29,023 nt of DNA from Patescibacteria group bacterium (GTDB lineage: Bacteria; Patescibacteriota; Microgenomatia; UBA12405): contig JAHIEZ010000038.1 in assembly GCA_018901355.1 (NCBI GenBank), positions 1-29,023 of the forward strand. Direction: 5' to 3'. The translations under genes and the position numbers were made by a program. The notes below the pieces were generated by a model. That model was given only the letters and a program-made list of their open reading frames with translations. It made no database searches and was not told the DNA's origin. Positions 15,921 to 24,253 of this stretch are shown piece by piece. The first letter of the stretch is position 1, and each line of letters begins with the position of its first letter.

Positions 15921-16970
15921 TTACCAGCTTATTTTCCTTGTTTTTTCATCCACATAAGAAAATCGTACCCCCACATAATTTACCTTTTTCTTTAGTTTCT
16001 CAAAATTTTTTTTTCCCATTCTTTCCGGCCATTCGATACAGGCCACTATTTTCGGCTCAAACAATTTTAAAAATCCAATCTCTTTCATTTCAAACTCTCT
16101 CTCGATTCGATACAAATCAAAATGCAAAAACCTCTTACCCTTGTCTATTTTATATTCGTTGTAAATCACAAAAGTAGGGGACTGTATTCTTTCCCCAATT
16201 CCCAATGCTTTTGCCAATCCTCTGGCAAAAACTGTTTTACCTGCCCCCAAATCTCCTGTTAGACCAAACACTAAAATCTTATTTTTCTTGTTCTCTCTTG
16301 CCAGTAAAAATTCCGCTATTTTTTTTGTTTCTGCCTCCGATTTTGACAGCAAACTTTTTCCACCCCCACTTGTTACCAGTTCACCTCTTCTCAGTATTTC
16401 TTTTTTCCCCACAGTATTAATCACTGTTGACGGTTTGTTTCTGGCCAGTTTTCCGCCATCAACTATCAAATCAATCATCTTCATTTTCTTTTTTGACAAA
16501 GTTTTTAGAAAGCTTTCTACCGAATAATGCGGACTTCTGCCCGCTAAATTTGCCGACGTTGCCGTTATTGCTCTTCCCAATTGTCTTGTCAGCTCCATCA
16601 TCAATTTACTTTCTGTTATTCTAATCCCCAGAGTTCCGTCCTCTGCCTCAATCCCTTTGGCTGTTTTATGTTTTCCCCGCGAAATTACCGTAAATGGTCC
16701 CGGTAGCAAATTTTCATAAATCCTTTCTGCTTTTTTATTTAATTTGACATATTTTTTTGCCATTGTCATATCTGCCACCGCCACCGATATGGCCTTACCC
16801 GTCCATCTGTTTTTAAAAGCCAAAAGTTTATCCACTGCTTTCTGATTTTCAGCATCCACCGCCAATCCGTAAACCGTATCCGATGGAAATACCACCAGTC
16901 CTGCCGCCCTTAATTCCGCCACCGTCTCTTTTACCGCCTTTTGGTAATTTTCCAATTTCACCCTTTTCAT
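15921..16970 (-). CDS. tsaC-tsaE: Fusion of TsaC (YrdC/Sua5-N threonylcarbamoyl-AMP synthase) and TsaE ATPase
   Basis: N-half: 'FPSDTVYGL', 'K.R...K', 'LLPGPFT', 'TSANL.G', 'STV'. C-half: 'GDLGAGKT.F.RG', 'SPTF', 'HFDLYR', 'IEWPE'. One uninterrupted 349-aa ORF. Confidence 0.92.
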   Translation of the reverse strand: MKRVKLENYQKAVKETVAELRAAGLVVFPSDTVYGLAVDAENQKAVDKLLAFKNRWTGKAISVAVADMTMAKKYVKLNKKAERIYENLLPGPFTVISRGKHKTAKGIEAEDGTLGIRITESKLMMELTRQLGRAITATSANLAGRSPHYSVESFLKTLSKKKMKMIDLIVDGGKLARNKPSTVINTVGKKEILRRGELVTSGGGKSLLSKSEAETKKIAEFLLARENKKNKILVFGLTGDLGAGKTVFARGLAKALGIGERIQSPTFVIYNEYKIDKGKRFLHFDLYRIEREFEMKEIGFLKLFEPKIVACIEWPERMGKKNFEKLKKKVNYVGVRFSYVDEKTRKISW

Positions 16971-17018
16971 GGCGCTATTTTATCATTTTTCCGCCTTGCT
17001 TCGTGCTAAAATAAGCCC

Positions 17019-19283
17019 ATGGACAAGCATTACCAACCCAGTTTAGAACCGGACATTTATCAGCTTTGGTTGGACAAAAAAGTTTTTACCCCCAAAATCA
17101 ATCCCAAAAGAAAACCTTTTACTATTATTTTACCCTTGCCCAATGCCAACGATCCCATGCACATGGGTCATGCCATGTTTACCATAGAAGATATTCTTTG
17201 CCGTTATCATCGCATGCTTGGCGACCCCACTCTTTGGCTCCCTGGCGCCGATCATGCCGGTATCGAAACCCAGTTTGTTTTTGAAAAAAAGCTGGCTCAA
17301 AATGGTAAATCAAGATTTGACTACGATCGTCAAACTCTTTATAAAATGATTTGGGACTATGTTGAAAAAAACCGAAAAATCAACCAGTTTCAACTAAAAG
17401 AACTCGGATTTTCTCTTGATTGGACCAGATATCACTATAGCTTAGAACCCAAGATTATTGAACAAGTCTTAGCTACTTTTAGAAAACTTCACGCCGACAA
17501 ACTTTTATATCGGGGCGAGCGTATTGTCAATTATTGCACTCACTGTGGTACCGCTTTTTCAGAACTGGAAATTGATCACGTTGAAAAAGATGATTTTCTC
17601 TATTATCTCGATTATGGTCCGATTCAAATAGCCACCACCAGACCGGAAACAATTTTTGCCGATGTGGCCGTGGCCGTTAATCCTCAAGATAAAAAATATA
17701 AAAAGCTTATCGGTCAGCAAGCCATTGTTCCTCTTATGAGCAAAACCATCCCAATTATTGCCGACGACTTAGTAGATATTAATTTTGGCACCGGCGCTCT
17801 CAAAATTACTCCCGCCCACGACACCACCGATTTTGAAATTGGCCAAAAACACAAATTACCTACCATTTCCTGTATTGAGCTTTCGGGAAAAATGACCAAT
17901 ACCATCGATGGTATAAACGGGCTTTACCCCAAACAAGCCAGAATCAAAACCCTCGAAATGTTGGAAAAACAAGGCAAGCTAATCAAAACAACACCCTTAC
18001 ACCACACTGTCGGTATTTGTTATCGCTGTAAAAACACCATCGAGCCTCTACCCGTCCCCCAGTGGTATGTCAAAACCAAGCCTTTGGCCAAGCCGGTCAT
18101 CGACTCGATAAAAAAAGAAGATACTGAAGTTTTTCCCAAAAGATTCAAAAAAACCTATCTTGACTGGATGGAAAACATTCACGATTGGAACATTAGCCGT
18201 CAAATTGTTTGGGGTCCCCAAATTCCGGCTTGGTATTGTCTTGATTGTCATCCCGATATTCAACTAAATTTTATCGACAAAAATGGAAACATTGTTTCAG
18301 GCAAATACCAGGACATTAAAGAAAAATATTCTTTTGAAGATATTAAAAAAGGACTGCAAACCTTAAATGCTCCTGTTTCTTCAAAATATTTTCTTGAAAA
18401 TACCGATAATTCTTGCCCTCACTGCTCCGGTCATCATATCTTACAAGAAACCGACACTTTTGACACTTGGTTTTTGTCGGGCCAATGGCCCCTGACTACT
18501 CTTGGATTTAATGTTGTCGATCCTAAAAAAAGCTCTCCTGATTTTAACTACTTTTACCCCACCTCGGTTTTAGACACTCTTTGGGATATTTTATTTTTCT
18601 GGGTCGGTCGTATGATGATCTTCGGTTTTTATCTTACCGGCAAAACACCTTTCAAAATGATTCATCTTCATGCCAAAGTGGTTGATGAAAAAGGCCAAAA
18701 AATGAGCAAATCAAAAGGCAATGTTATCAATCCTAGTGACACTGTCAAACAATCCGGCGCTGATGCCCTTCGCTTGGCCCTTGTTTACGGGGTTGCTCCC
18801 GCTTCCAACATTGCTCTTTCTCAGGATAAAATTAAAGCCCAGAGCCATTTTGTCAACAAAATTTGGAATGCTTCCCGTTTCGCCCTGATGACTCTTGACC
18901 GTTTTCCCAAAGCCTCTTTTACTCTTCCTAAAAAACTTCATCCCGACGATCAAAAAATCATCAAAAAATTAAACAAACTTATTACTTCTGTTACCTCTGA
19001 TATCGAAAAATACCGTTTTGGTCAGGCCAGCGAAAATCTTTATCAATTTTTCTGGCACCAGTTTTGTGATTCTTATCTCGAATCCATCAAAAATAAGGGG
19101 GCTACGGCCATTCCTGTTTTAATGCACCTGCTTATCACTCAATTAAAGCTACTTCATCCTTTCGCTCCCTTTGTTACCGAAGCCGTTTACCAACAACTTC
19201 CTCCTATTTTTACCAAAAAACAACCAATTTTAGCCACTGCCTCCTGGCCCAGCCCCATTCATGAAAAGACCCAAAAATCTTAA
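17019..19283 (+). CDS. valS: Valine--tRNA ligase
   Basis: HMGH (HIGH motif), 'PGADHAGIETQ', 'ATTRPET', 'ALKITPAHD', 'DWNISRQI.WG', 'DTWF', 'KMSKSKGN', 'GADALR'. Confidence 0.96.
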   Translation: MDKHYQPSLEPDIYQLWLDKKVFTPKINPKRKPFTIILPLPNANDPMHMGHAMFTIEDILCRYHRMLGDPTLWLPGADHAGIETQFVFEKKLAQNGKSRFDYDRQTLYKMIWDYVEKNRKINQFQLKELGFSLDWTRYHYSLEPKIIEQVLATFRKLHADKLLYRGERIVNYCTHCGTAFSELEIDHVEKDDFLYYLDYGPIQIATTRPETIFADVAVAVNPQDKKYKKLIGQQAIVPLMSKTIPIIADDLVDINFGTGALKITPAHDTTDFEIGQKHKLPTISCIELSGKMTNTIDGINGLYPKQARIKTLEMLEKQGKLIKTTPLHHTVGICYRCKNTIEPLPVPQWYVKTKPLAKPVIDSIKKEDTEVFPKRFKKTYLDWMENIHDWNISRQIVWGPQIPAWYCLDCHPDIQLNFIDKNGNIVSGKYQDIKEKYSFEDIKKGLQTLNAPVSSKYFLENTDNSCPHCSGHHILQETDTFDTWFLSGQWPLTTLGFNVVDPKKSSPDFNYFYPTSVLDTLWDILFFWVGRMMIFGFYLTGKTPFKMIHLHAKVVDEKGQKMSKSKGNVINPSDTVKQSGADALRLALVYGVAPASNIALSQDKIKAQSHFVNKIWNASRFALMTLDRFPKASFTLPKKLHPDDQKIIKKLNKLITSVTSDIEKYRFGQASENLYQFFWHQFCDSYLESIKNKGATAIPVLMHLLITQLKLLHPFAPFVTEAVYQQLPPIFTKKQPILATASWPSPIHEKTQKS

Positions 19284-19704
19284 ATATATCTTTTATTTTT
19301 TCTTTCTCTTTGCCTTCATTTTTAACTCTTTTTTCTTTCTTTTCCCTGCCGATTCCCGCCCCTTACTTTCTTTTTCCAAGGGAGATCGTTACTATTCCCG
19401 TCTTCAGCTCTGGTTTTCTTTAGCCAAAAAAAACGACTGGGCTTCCGCCGACAAAATTGAGCCCTTACTCGACCCCGTCGATATCAAAGATTATAAATCC
19501 AAAAATCGCATCGAAGATATCAAATCACAAATAGACTTAATTTCTTTAAAACAGGAAAAAACCGTTGAAGATTGGCTCGAACTGGCCAAACTTCAAGCCA
19601 AAATAGGGGACTATGATCAAGCCAAACAATCTCTCAAACAAGCCCAAACCATTGATCCGGTCAGAGATGACATCAAGCAGTTTTATTTTCAGCTCGATCG
19701 TTAG
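19261..19704 (+). CDS. Membrane-anchored protein with a C-terminal TPR motif
   Basis: N-terminal TM; 'WLELAKLQAKIGDYDQAKQSLKQAQTIDP' is a TPR; overlaps the valS end. Confidence 0.7.
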   Translation: MKRPKNLKYIFYFFFLFAFIFNSFFFLFPADSRPLLSFSKGDRYYSRLQLWFSLAKKNDWASADKIEPLLDPVDIKDYKSKNRIEDIKSQIDLISLKQEKTVEDWLELAKLQAKIGDYDQAKQSLKQAQTIDPVRDDIKQFYFQLDR

Positions 19705-20374
19705 TTTTCTCTTCTTCTTTCTTTTCTTCCTCTTCTCCTTCTTCTCCCTCACCTTTCTGTTTGGTTGCTTCCACCTCTTCCGGAGCCACCGTTTCTTCTA
19801 TTACTTCCTCTTCTTTCGGTTCTTCCGTTTTAACAATCAGTTGATCTTCGGCGGTTTTAATTTCCACCTTTTCTTTATCAACTTTCAAATCAGCCACCGT
19901 AATAGTATCTTCTACTGTTTTTAGAGCCGACAAGTCCACTTCAAGTTTTTCCGGTAAATCAGCCGGCAAAGCTTCCACTTCCACCTCAGATGTTACTTCC
20001 ACCAAAATGTTTCCGTTTTTAACCGAAAAAGATTCTCCAATCAATTCTATCGGTACACTGGCCACAATCTTTTCCTTCAAATTTACTTTATAGCAGTCAA
20101 CGTGAATTAAAATGTCACTTACCACTCCATATTGAGGATTTCTCAAGAGGATAGGGAGGGCTTCTTCTTTTTCCACCATCAAGTCCACCAATCCTGATTC
20201 TCCCACATTTTCCCATACTCTTTCCACAGCGCTTCTTTCCATTTGCAGAGATATCGAGTCTACCCCTTTCCCGTACAAAGTGGCCGGCAACAACCCCTCA
20301 GCTCTCAATCTTTTAACCTTTTTTCCCTTAAGTGTTCTTATTTCCGCCGCTAATTTTGGATTTTCTTTTTTCAT
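19673..20374 (-). CDS. rplY: 50S ribosomal protein bL25 (Ctc-type, with acidic tail)
   Basis: 'R...GKKVKRLR.EG.LPA.LYG', 'H.D.Y.V', 'VEVEALPADLP....VD...L', E-rich tail. Confidence 0.93.
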   Translation of the reverse strand: MKKENPKLAAEIRTLKGKKVKRLRAEGLLPATLYGKGVDSISLQMERSAVERVWENVGESGLVDLMVEKEEALPILLRNPQYGVVSDILIHVDCYKVNLKEKIVASVPIELIGESFSVKNGNILVEVTSEVEVEALPADLPEKLEVDLSALKTVEDTITVADLKVDKEKVEIKTAEDQLIVKTEEPKEEEVIEETVAPEEVEATKQKGEGEEGEEEEKKEEEKTNDRAENKTA

Positions 20375-20464
20375 TTTTTCCTTTGCCCTTCGACAATTCT
20401 ACAGGCAAAAAGTAACTAGAAGCGATTATAACACAAGCCTGCTTCAACAATGCTAAAATCAAGC

Positions 20465-21493
20465 ATGACTGTCACTAAAAATCTCTTGTCCGCCTCTGGT
20501 GGAAAACCTCGAATTCTCACCGGTGATCGGCCCACCGGCCCTCTTCATTTGGGTCATTTTGTCGGCACTCTCCAAAACAGAGTCAAACTACAAGATAAAT
20601 ATGATTGCTTTTTTATCATTGCCGATCTTCACACTCTTACCACTGCTCCCGGCAAAGATAAAACTTCCACTTTAAACGATCGGGCCAGGGGACTGGTTTT
20701 GGATTATCTTTCTGTTGGCATTGATCCTGCCAAATCTGTCATTTATCAGCAATCACAAGTTCCCGAAGTTACCTATCTTTCCCTAATTTTTACCAATCTT
20801 ATTACCGTTGCCCGAGCTCAGCGTGTTCCCACTCTCAAAGAAGTTATGCACGATCTGCATATTCAAAAACCTTCTCTGGGGCTTCTAAATTATCCCGTTT
20901 TACAATCAGCCGATATTCTTATGTTTAAAGCCGATTTGGTCCCGGTTGGCAAAGATCAGCAATCTCATGTTGAAGTTACCAGGGAAATTGCCAAAACCTT
21001 TAACAAGACCTATTCTCAGGTCTTTCCAATCCCCAAAGCCCTAATCGGCGATGTTCCTACCCTTGTTGGTACCGACGGTCAAGCCAAAATGAGTAAGTCT
21101 ATTGGTAATTGTATTTATCTTTCTGATGATGCTACTACAGTTACCAAAAAAGTTATGTCTATGTATACCGACCCCAAGCGTCTTCGGGCTACTGATCCGG
21201 GCACCGTTGAGGGCAATCCTGTTTTTATCTATCACGATGTTTTTAACCCCAACAAGGCCGAAATAGCCGATCTCAAAACCCGCTACCAAGCCGGTCAGGT
21301 GGGGGACGTTGAAGTCAAGCAAAAACTAGCCCTCGCCCTCAATAAATTTCTAGATCCCATCCGCGTCCGTCGGGCCAAGTATGAAAAAAATACTGCTCTT
21401 TTAGACAAAATTATTGCTTCTGGTTCCAAAATCGCCCGCCTCCAAGCCCAAAAAACCCTCGTTCAGGTCCTCTCCGCCATGGGTCTAAATTAA
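20465..21493 (+). CDS. trpS: Tryptophan--tRNA ligase
   Basis: 'TGDRPTG.LHLGH', 'IADLH', 'YPVLQ.ADIL', 'VPVG.DQ..H.E', 'KMSKS.GN'. Start placed at ATG20465 because TGcTAAAAT (20451-59) lies 5 nt upstream. Confidence 0.96.
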   Translation: MTVTKNLLSASGGKPRILTGDRPTGPLHLGHFVGTLQNRVKLQDKYDCFFIIADLHTLTTAPGKDKTSTLNDRARGLVLDYLSVGIDPAKSVIYQQSQVPEVTYLSLIFTNLITVARAQRVPTLKEVMHDLHIQKPSLGLLNYPVLQSADILMFKADLVPVGKDQQSHVEVTREIAKTFNKTYSQVFPIPKALIGDVPTLVGTDGQAKMSKSIGNCIYLSDDATTVTKKVMSMYTDPKRLRATDPGTVEGNPVFIYHDVFNPNKAEIADLKTRYQAGQVGDVEVKQKLALALNKFLDPIRVRRAKYEKNTALLDKIIASGSKIARLQAQKTLVQVLSAMGLN

Positions 21494-22236
21494 CCTGCTC
21501 TTCTCTCGCATCTTTGCGCTATCATTTCTTCTGCCCATTCTTTTGTTACGTTGGCTTTTTGAGCAAAGGCAACCAATTCTCCCGTCCTTTCAATTCTTCT
21601 ATATGCTATATATCTCGGTCTATTTTCCCTTGAAGTTTCCGATAATTCCACTATAAACTCAAATTTTGTCTCTGCATCAACCCACCAAGCCGTTTTGTAT
21701 CTGAATCTATTCTTTCCCCTTTGACCCTTACCTTCAACTGCTTCGTCACTACACACTGCTCTTATCAATGTCTTCAAATCTTTTGCGGTTTCTCTGTCAA
21801 CTAATCCTACTCGGGCCACTCTCTCCGGCCGATCGGCAAAAACAGCTATTGGATTTTTCCAAAAAGTCGATCTCCTCAAGTTTTCATCTGCGGTTGAATC
21901 CTCCAAACCCTGATAAGCCTCGTCTCTGTCGGCTAAAAGTAAAAAGCCTCCGCCTCTCGACAAGAGATATATCTCCGCCGATTCTACTCTTGGTCTTGTC
22001 GGACTGACAAAACTTAGATAAGGATTTCCCGTGTGACTGACAACCTCTCCTCTTTGTCCAAGTAAAGCCAATACCGATAAGGCAGATTCACATTGTTCTT
22101 TTCTATAACCCAACATTGACAAATTTGCCGGCGTTAACGTTTCTTCAAACATTTTTGTTATTTCCCCAAAACCAATCGACGGTGGTCTATCTTTAAGGGC
22201 AATTCCTATTCTAATAAAAGCTTCATGTAAACTCAT
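21490..22236 (-). CDS. Hypothetical cytoplasmic protein
   Basis: 248-aa ORF with ATG start, fills the gap between trpS and the next gene, natural composition; no family recognised. Confidence 0.7.
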   Translation of the reverse strand: MSLHEAFIRIGIALKDRPPSIGFGEITKMFEETLTPANLSMLGYRKEQCESALSVLALLGQRGEVVSHTGNPYLSFVSPTRPRVESAEIYLLSRGGGFLLLADRDEAYQGLEDSTADENLRRSTFWKNPIAVFADRPERVARVGLVDRETAKDLKTLIRAVCSDEAVEGKGQRGKNRFRYKTAWWVDAETKFEFIVELSETSRENRPRYIAYRRIERTGELVAFAQKANVTKEWAEEMIAQRCERRAG

Positions 22237-22278
22237 TTATGACAAATTTTACTAAATTTCACCTAAAAATTCAAAAAT

Positions 22279-22743
22279 ATGATAATCTTATACAAGCAAA
22301 TATATGAAAAAAACAAACAAAACAAACAGACAAACCCCTCCGAAGAAAAAATAATTTCTTCCGAAGTTACCGAAAAAGACTGTAAAATAAAAGTTATTAC
22401 CACTCAAAGAGAATTTTTTCTCGATACCGCCCTAACCAATTGTGATCAATTTATTTCCAATCAAGTTTCCCCTTCTCAAAAATACGTCGCCTTTCAGGAC
22501 ATCACCAGTCCCGATTCCCAAGTCAAAATTTACAGTCTCGAACACGATCAAGTTTTTTCTGTTGACGTTCTTGGCACCTCTACTATCAAATATTTAGATT
22601 TTCTTGCTGATGATCGTCTGGCGGTTATCAATCTCCCTGACATGGGTGTTGATTATTCTTACTTTTCTTCAGATCAAAACAGCCTCAAACTTTATGACCC
22701 AGACGGCCTGGAGCTTTATTCGGTCACTGTCGACAAAATCTAA
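22279..22743 (+). CDS. Hypothetical protein with partial beta-propeller-like blades (possibly 5'-truncated)
   Basis: 'SPSQKYVAF', 'VKIYSL', 'LDFLADDRLAVI'; no signal peptide or TM seen. Confidence 0.55.
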   Translation: MIILYKQIYEKNKQNKQTNPSEEKIISSEVTEKDCKIKVITTQREFFLDTALTNCDQFISNQVSPSQKYVAFQDITSPDSQVKIYSLEHDQVFSVDVLGTSTIKYLDFLADDRLAVINLPDMGVDYSYFSSDQNSLKLYDPDGLELYSVTVDKI

Positions 22744-22819
22744 TTTATCCTGTCATATGCAAAGTTTTCTGTGGACTGTGTACGAACAAATTCGGACTGA
22801 ATTTAAAAAAAATATATAA

Positions 22820-22935
22820 ACTGCCCCGCTCGTCCCGTCCCGGTCGGGACAAAAAACGCGCCTGCCCGCCTTTGGAGGGGGGCTCGATTAAAGTTATTTT
22901 TTGCGCGCGCGATTTGCGATTGATTCGCAATCGCA
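22820..22935. repeat. GC-rich non-coding tract with hairpins
   Basis: GTCCCG...CGGGAC pairing, GCGCGCGC run, and TGCGATTG(22915-22)/CAATCGCA(22928-35), an 8-bp stem with 5-nt loop, in otherwise AT-rich DNA. Confidence 0.6.
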
Positions 22936-23269
22936 CTACTTTTGATATTTTTCGATAATTGTACTTTTATACGTTTTTAGAGATTTTTCTTCTAAATTCA
23001 ACGTACACAGATTGTAAAAGTCAGTTTCAATATCAACAGCCATCTGCCATCGTTGATTTTCAGAACTGGAAATATTTTCCGAGTTACGTGCTTTATCGGT
23101 TTTTTGTACTGTTCTTAAATAACTTTGCGCAAAGTGTGTACACAGTCTTTCTTTAGTGGAATATAGTTTGCCATTGTCATCAAAATCATCCTTATACAAA
23201 AAATAGCCACCAACGATAATCGTGATACCTACAATCAAAAATACAATGATTACTTTTTTTGTTTTTCAT
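22936..23269 (-). CDS. Small membrane-anchored hypothetical protein, frameshifted near the start
   Basis: ATG23269 directly follows the upstream stop and is 31 nt from the in-frame TTG23238. Removing one A from the A7 run (23260-23254) gives MKNKKVIIVFLIVGITIIVGGYFLYK..., a normal anchor. Confidence 0.65.
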
Positions 23270-23827
23270 TTACATTCCTGTAAAAAGTACAAATAAATGG
23301 GAAATAAAATACAGTGCAGTATCAACTTGTAGAAAAAATGGTGGATTTTTCTTAATTGCTTCACCTTGTTTGGTTATATTAAATAAATCAGTATGTAAAT
23401 TTCTGATTAAAACAATGTCCCAATTGCCGGTATTGGTTTTTCCCACATAGGATAACCTGACTTGAGGTAGAAATGTTGCTCCTAGGCTAAATATTTTCAT
23501 ATTCTTTGTTTGATCTTTGTCGCAGTCGTATTGTTTTGAAATTATATCGTTATCTAGGGTACCCGCAAAAACCAGGCAGCCCGTCCAAGTGATGCGATCA
23601 GAAACTCCGTCTCCGTTTATATCTACATCAACATTATTAGGAATGTTCCATGTTTCCAATCGATATACCTTATCGTACTTATAAAATAGATTGAATTGAT
23701 CAGCATCGGTTAAAAAGATAGAGATTACATTTACAACGATAATAGCAAAAGAAATGATTAGTCCTAACAAAAGAAAAAGGCGCCAAGAAAAAGGTTTGTT
23801 CATTTTATCGTGTTTCTGATGTTTCAT
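23270..23827 (-). CDS. Membrane protein with a DxDxNGDG Ca-binding-like loop
   Basis: N-terminal TM, 'DVDINGDGVSD', a Cys pair, C-terminal TM; extended -10 TGaTATACT 7 nt upstream. Confidence 0.7.
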   Translation of the reverse strand: MKHQKHDKMNKPFSWRLFLLLGLIISFAIIVVNVISIFLTDADQFNLFYKYDKVYRLETWNIPNNVDVDINGDGVSDRITWTGCLVFAGTLDNDIISKQYDCDKDQTKNMKIFSLGATFLPQVRLSYVGKTNTGNWDIVLIRNLHTDLFNITKQGEAIKKNPPFFLQVDTALYFISHLFVLFTGM

Positions 23828-23871
23828 AGGTTTGAGTATATCAGATTGTGGTAATAAACGCTAAAAATAAG

Positions 23872-23900
23872 TTGCATTTCTTTTTCAGATTATATACAGT
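23872..23900 (+). promoter_or_regulatory. Sigma70-type promoter in front of a hairpin RNA
   Basis: TTGCAT(23872-77)-N17-TACAGT(23895-900); predicted start near 23907, at the foot of the hairpin. Confidence 0.5.
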
Positions 23901-23904
23901 GATA

Positions 23905-23983
23905 TTGTACTCAACTTTATTCATTAGGTCGTCTTTTTTAATGGCCATTTTGGACAATTTAAGGCGACTTAAGTTGAGTACAA
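23905..23983 (+). ncRNA. Candidate small structured RNA (long bulged hairpin)
   Basis: 13-bp perfect stem TTGTACTCAACTT(23905-17)/AAGTTGAGTACAA(23971-83), 8-nt 5' bulge, inner stem AGGTCGTCTT(23926-35)/AAGGCGACTT(23961-70) with two G.U pairs that work only on the + strand. Confidence 0.4.
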
Positions 23984-24123
23984 CCGGAACGGCCATTTAA
24001 GTTTTAAGTTGTTCTTTAAAATTTTTGCGTTTTTGTCCGAGCCGACTTTTTACGAGGACGAAGACCGAGCGTGAAGATGGCGATGCGAGCGCCCTCCCCG
24101 ATAACCACAATTATTCAAAACTG

Positions 24124-24196
24124 TGGGCATACCTGGAGTCGAACCAGGGACATCTGACTTATAAGATCAGCGCTCTAACCACTGAGCTATATGCCC
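24124..24196 (-). tRNA. tRNA-Ile, anticodon UAU
   Basis: GGGCATA|TA|GCTC|AGTGGTTA|GAGC|G|CTGAT|CTTATAA|GTCAG|ATGTC|CCTGG|TTCGACT|CCAGG|TATGCCC|A; CCA not encoded. Confidence 0.93.
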
Positions 24197-24253
24197 GGTC
24201 TTAATTTTTAAAAATTAATTAATAATTCGTAATTGATCAATTGATAATTAATT

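Larger units (their letters stand above)
22769..24126. mobile_element. Putative degenerate integrative element at the tRNA-Ile 3' end (no recombinase left)
   Basis: CTGTGG at both 22769-74 and 24121-26 (the latter covers tRNA bases 71-73); recombinase-tail-like peptide LWTVYEQIRTEF after the left copy; GC-rich tract; AT-rich cargo genes. Confidence 0.4.

Noticed and set aside
23909-23979. Hairpin as an integron attC site (ACTCAAC...GTTGAGT fits RYYYAAC/GTTRRRY)
   Set aside because: The L boxes do not pair at canonical spacing, the 8-nt bulge is wrong, the wobble pairs favour + strand RNA, and no integron integrase or second attC is seen.
24001-24022. GTTTTAAGTTGTTCTTTAAAAT resembles a type II CRISPR repeat
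   Set aside because: Single copy, no spacers, no cas genes in the window.
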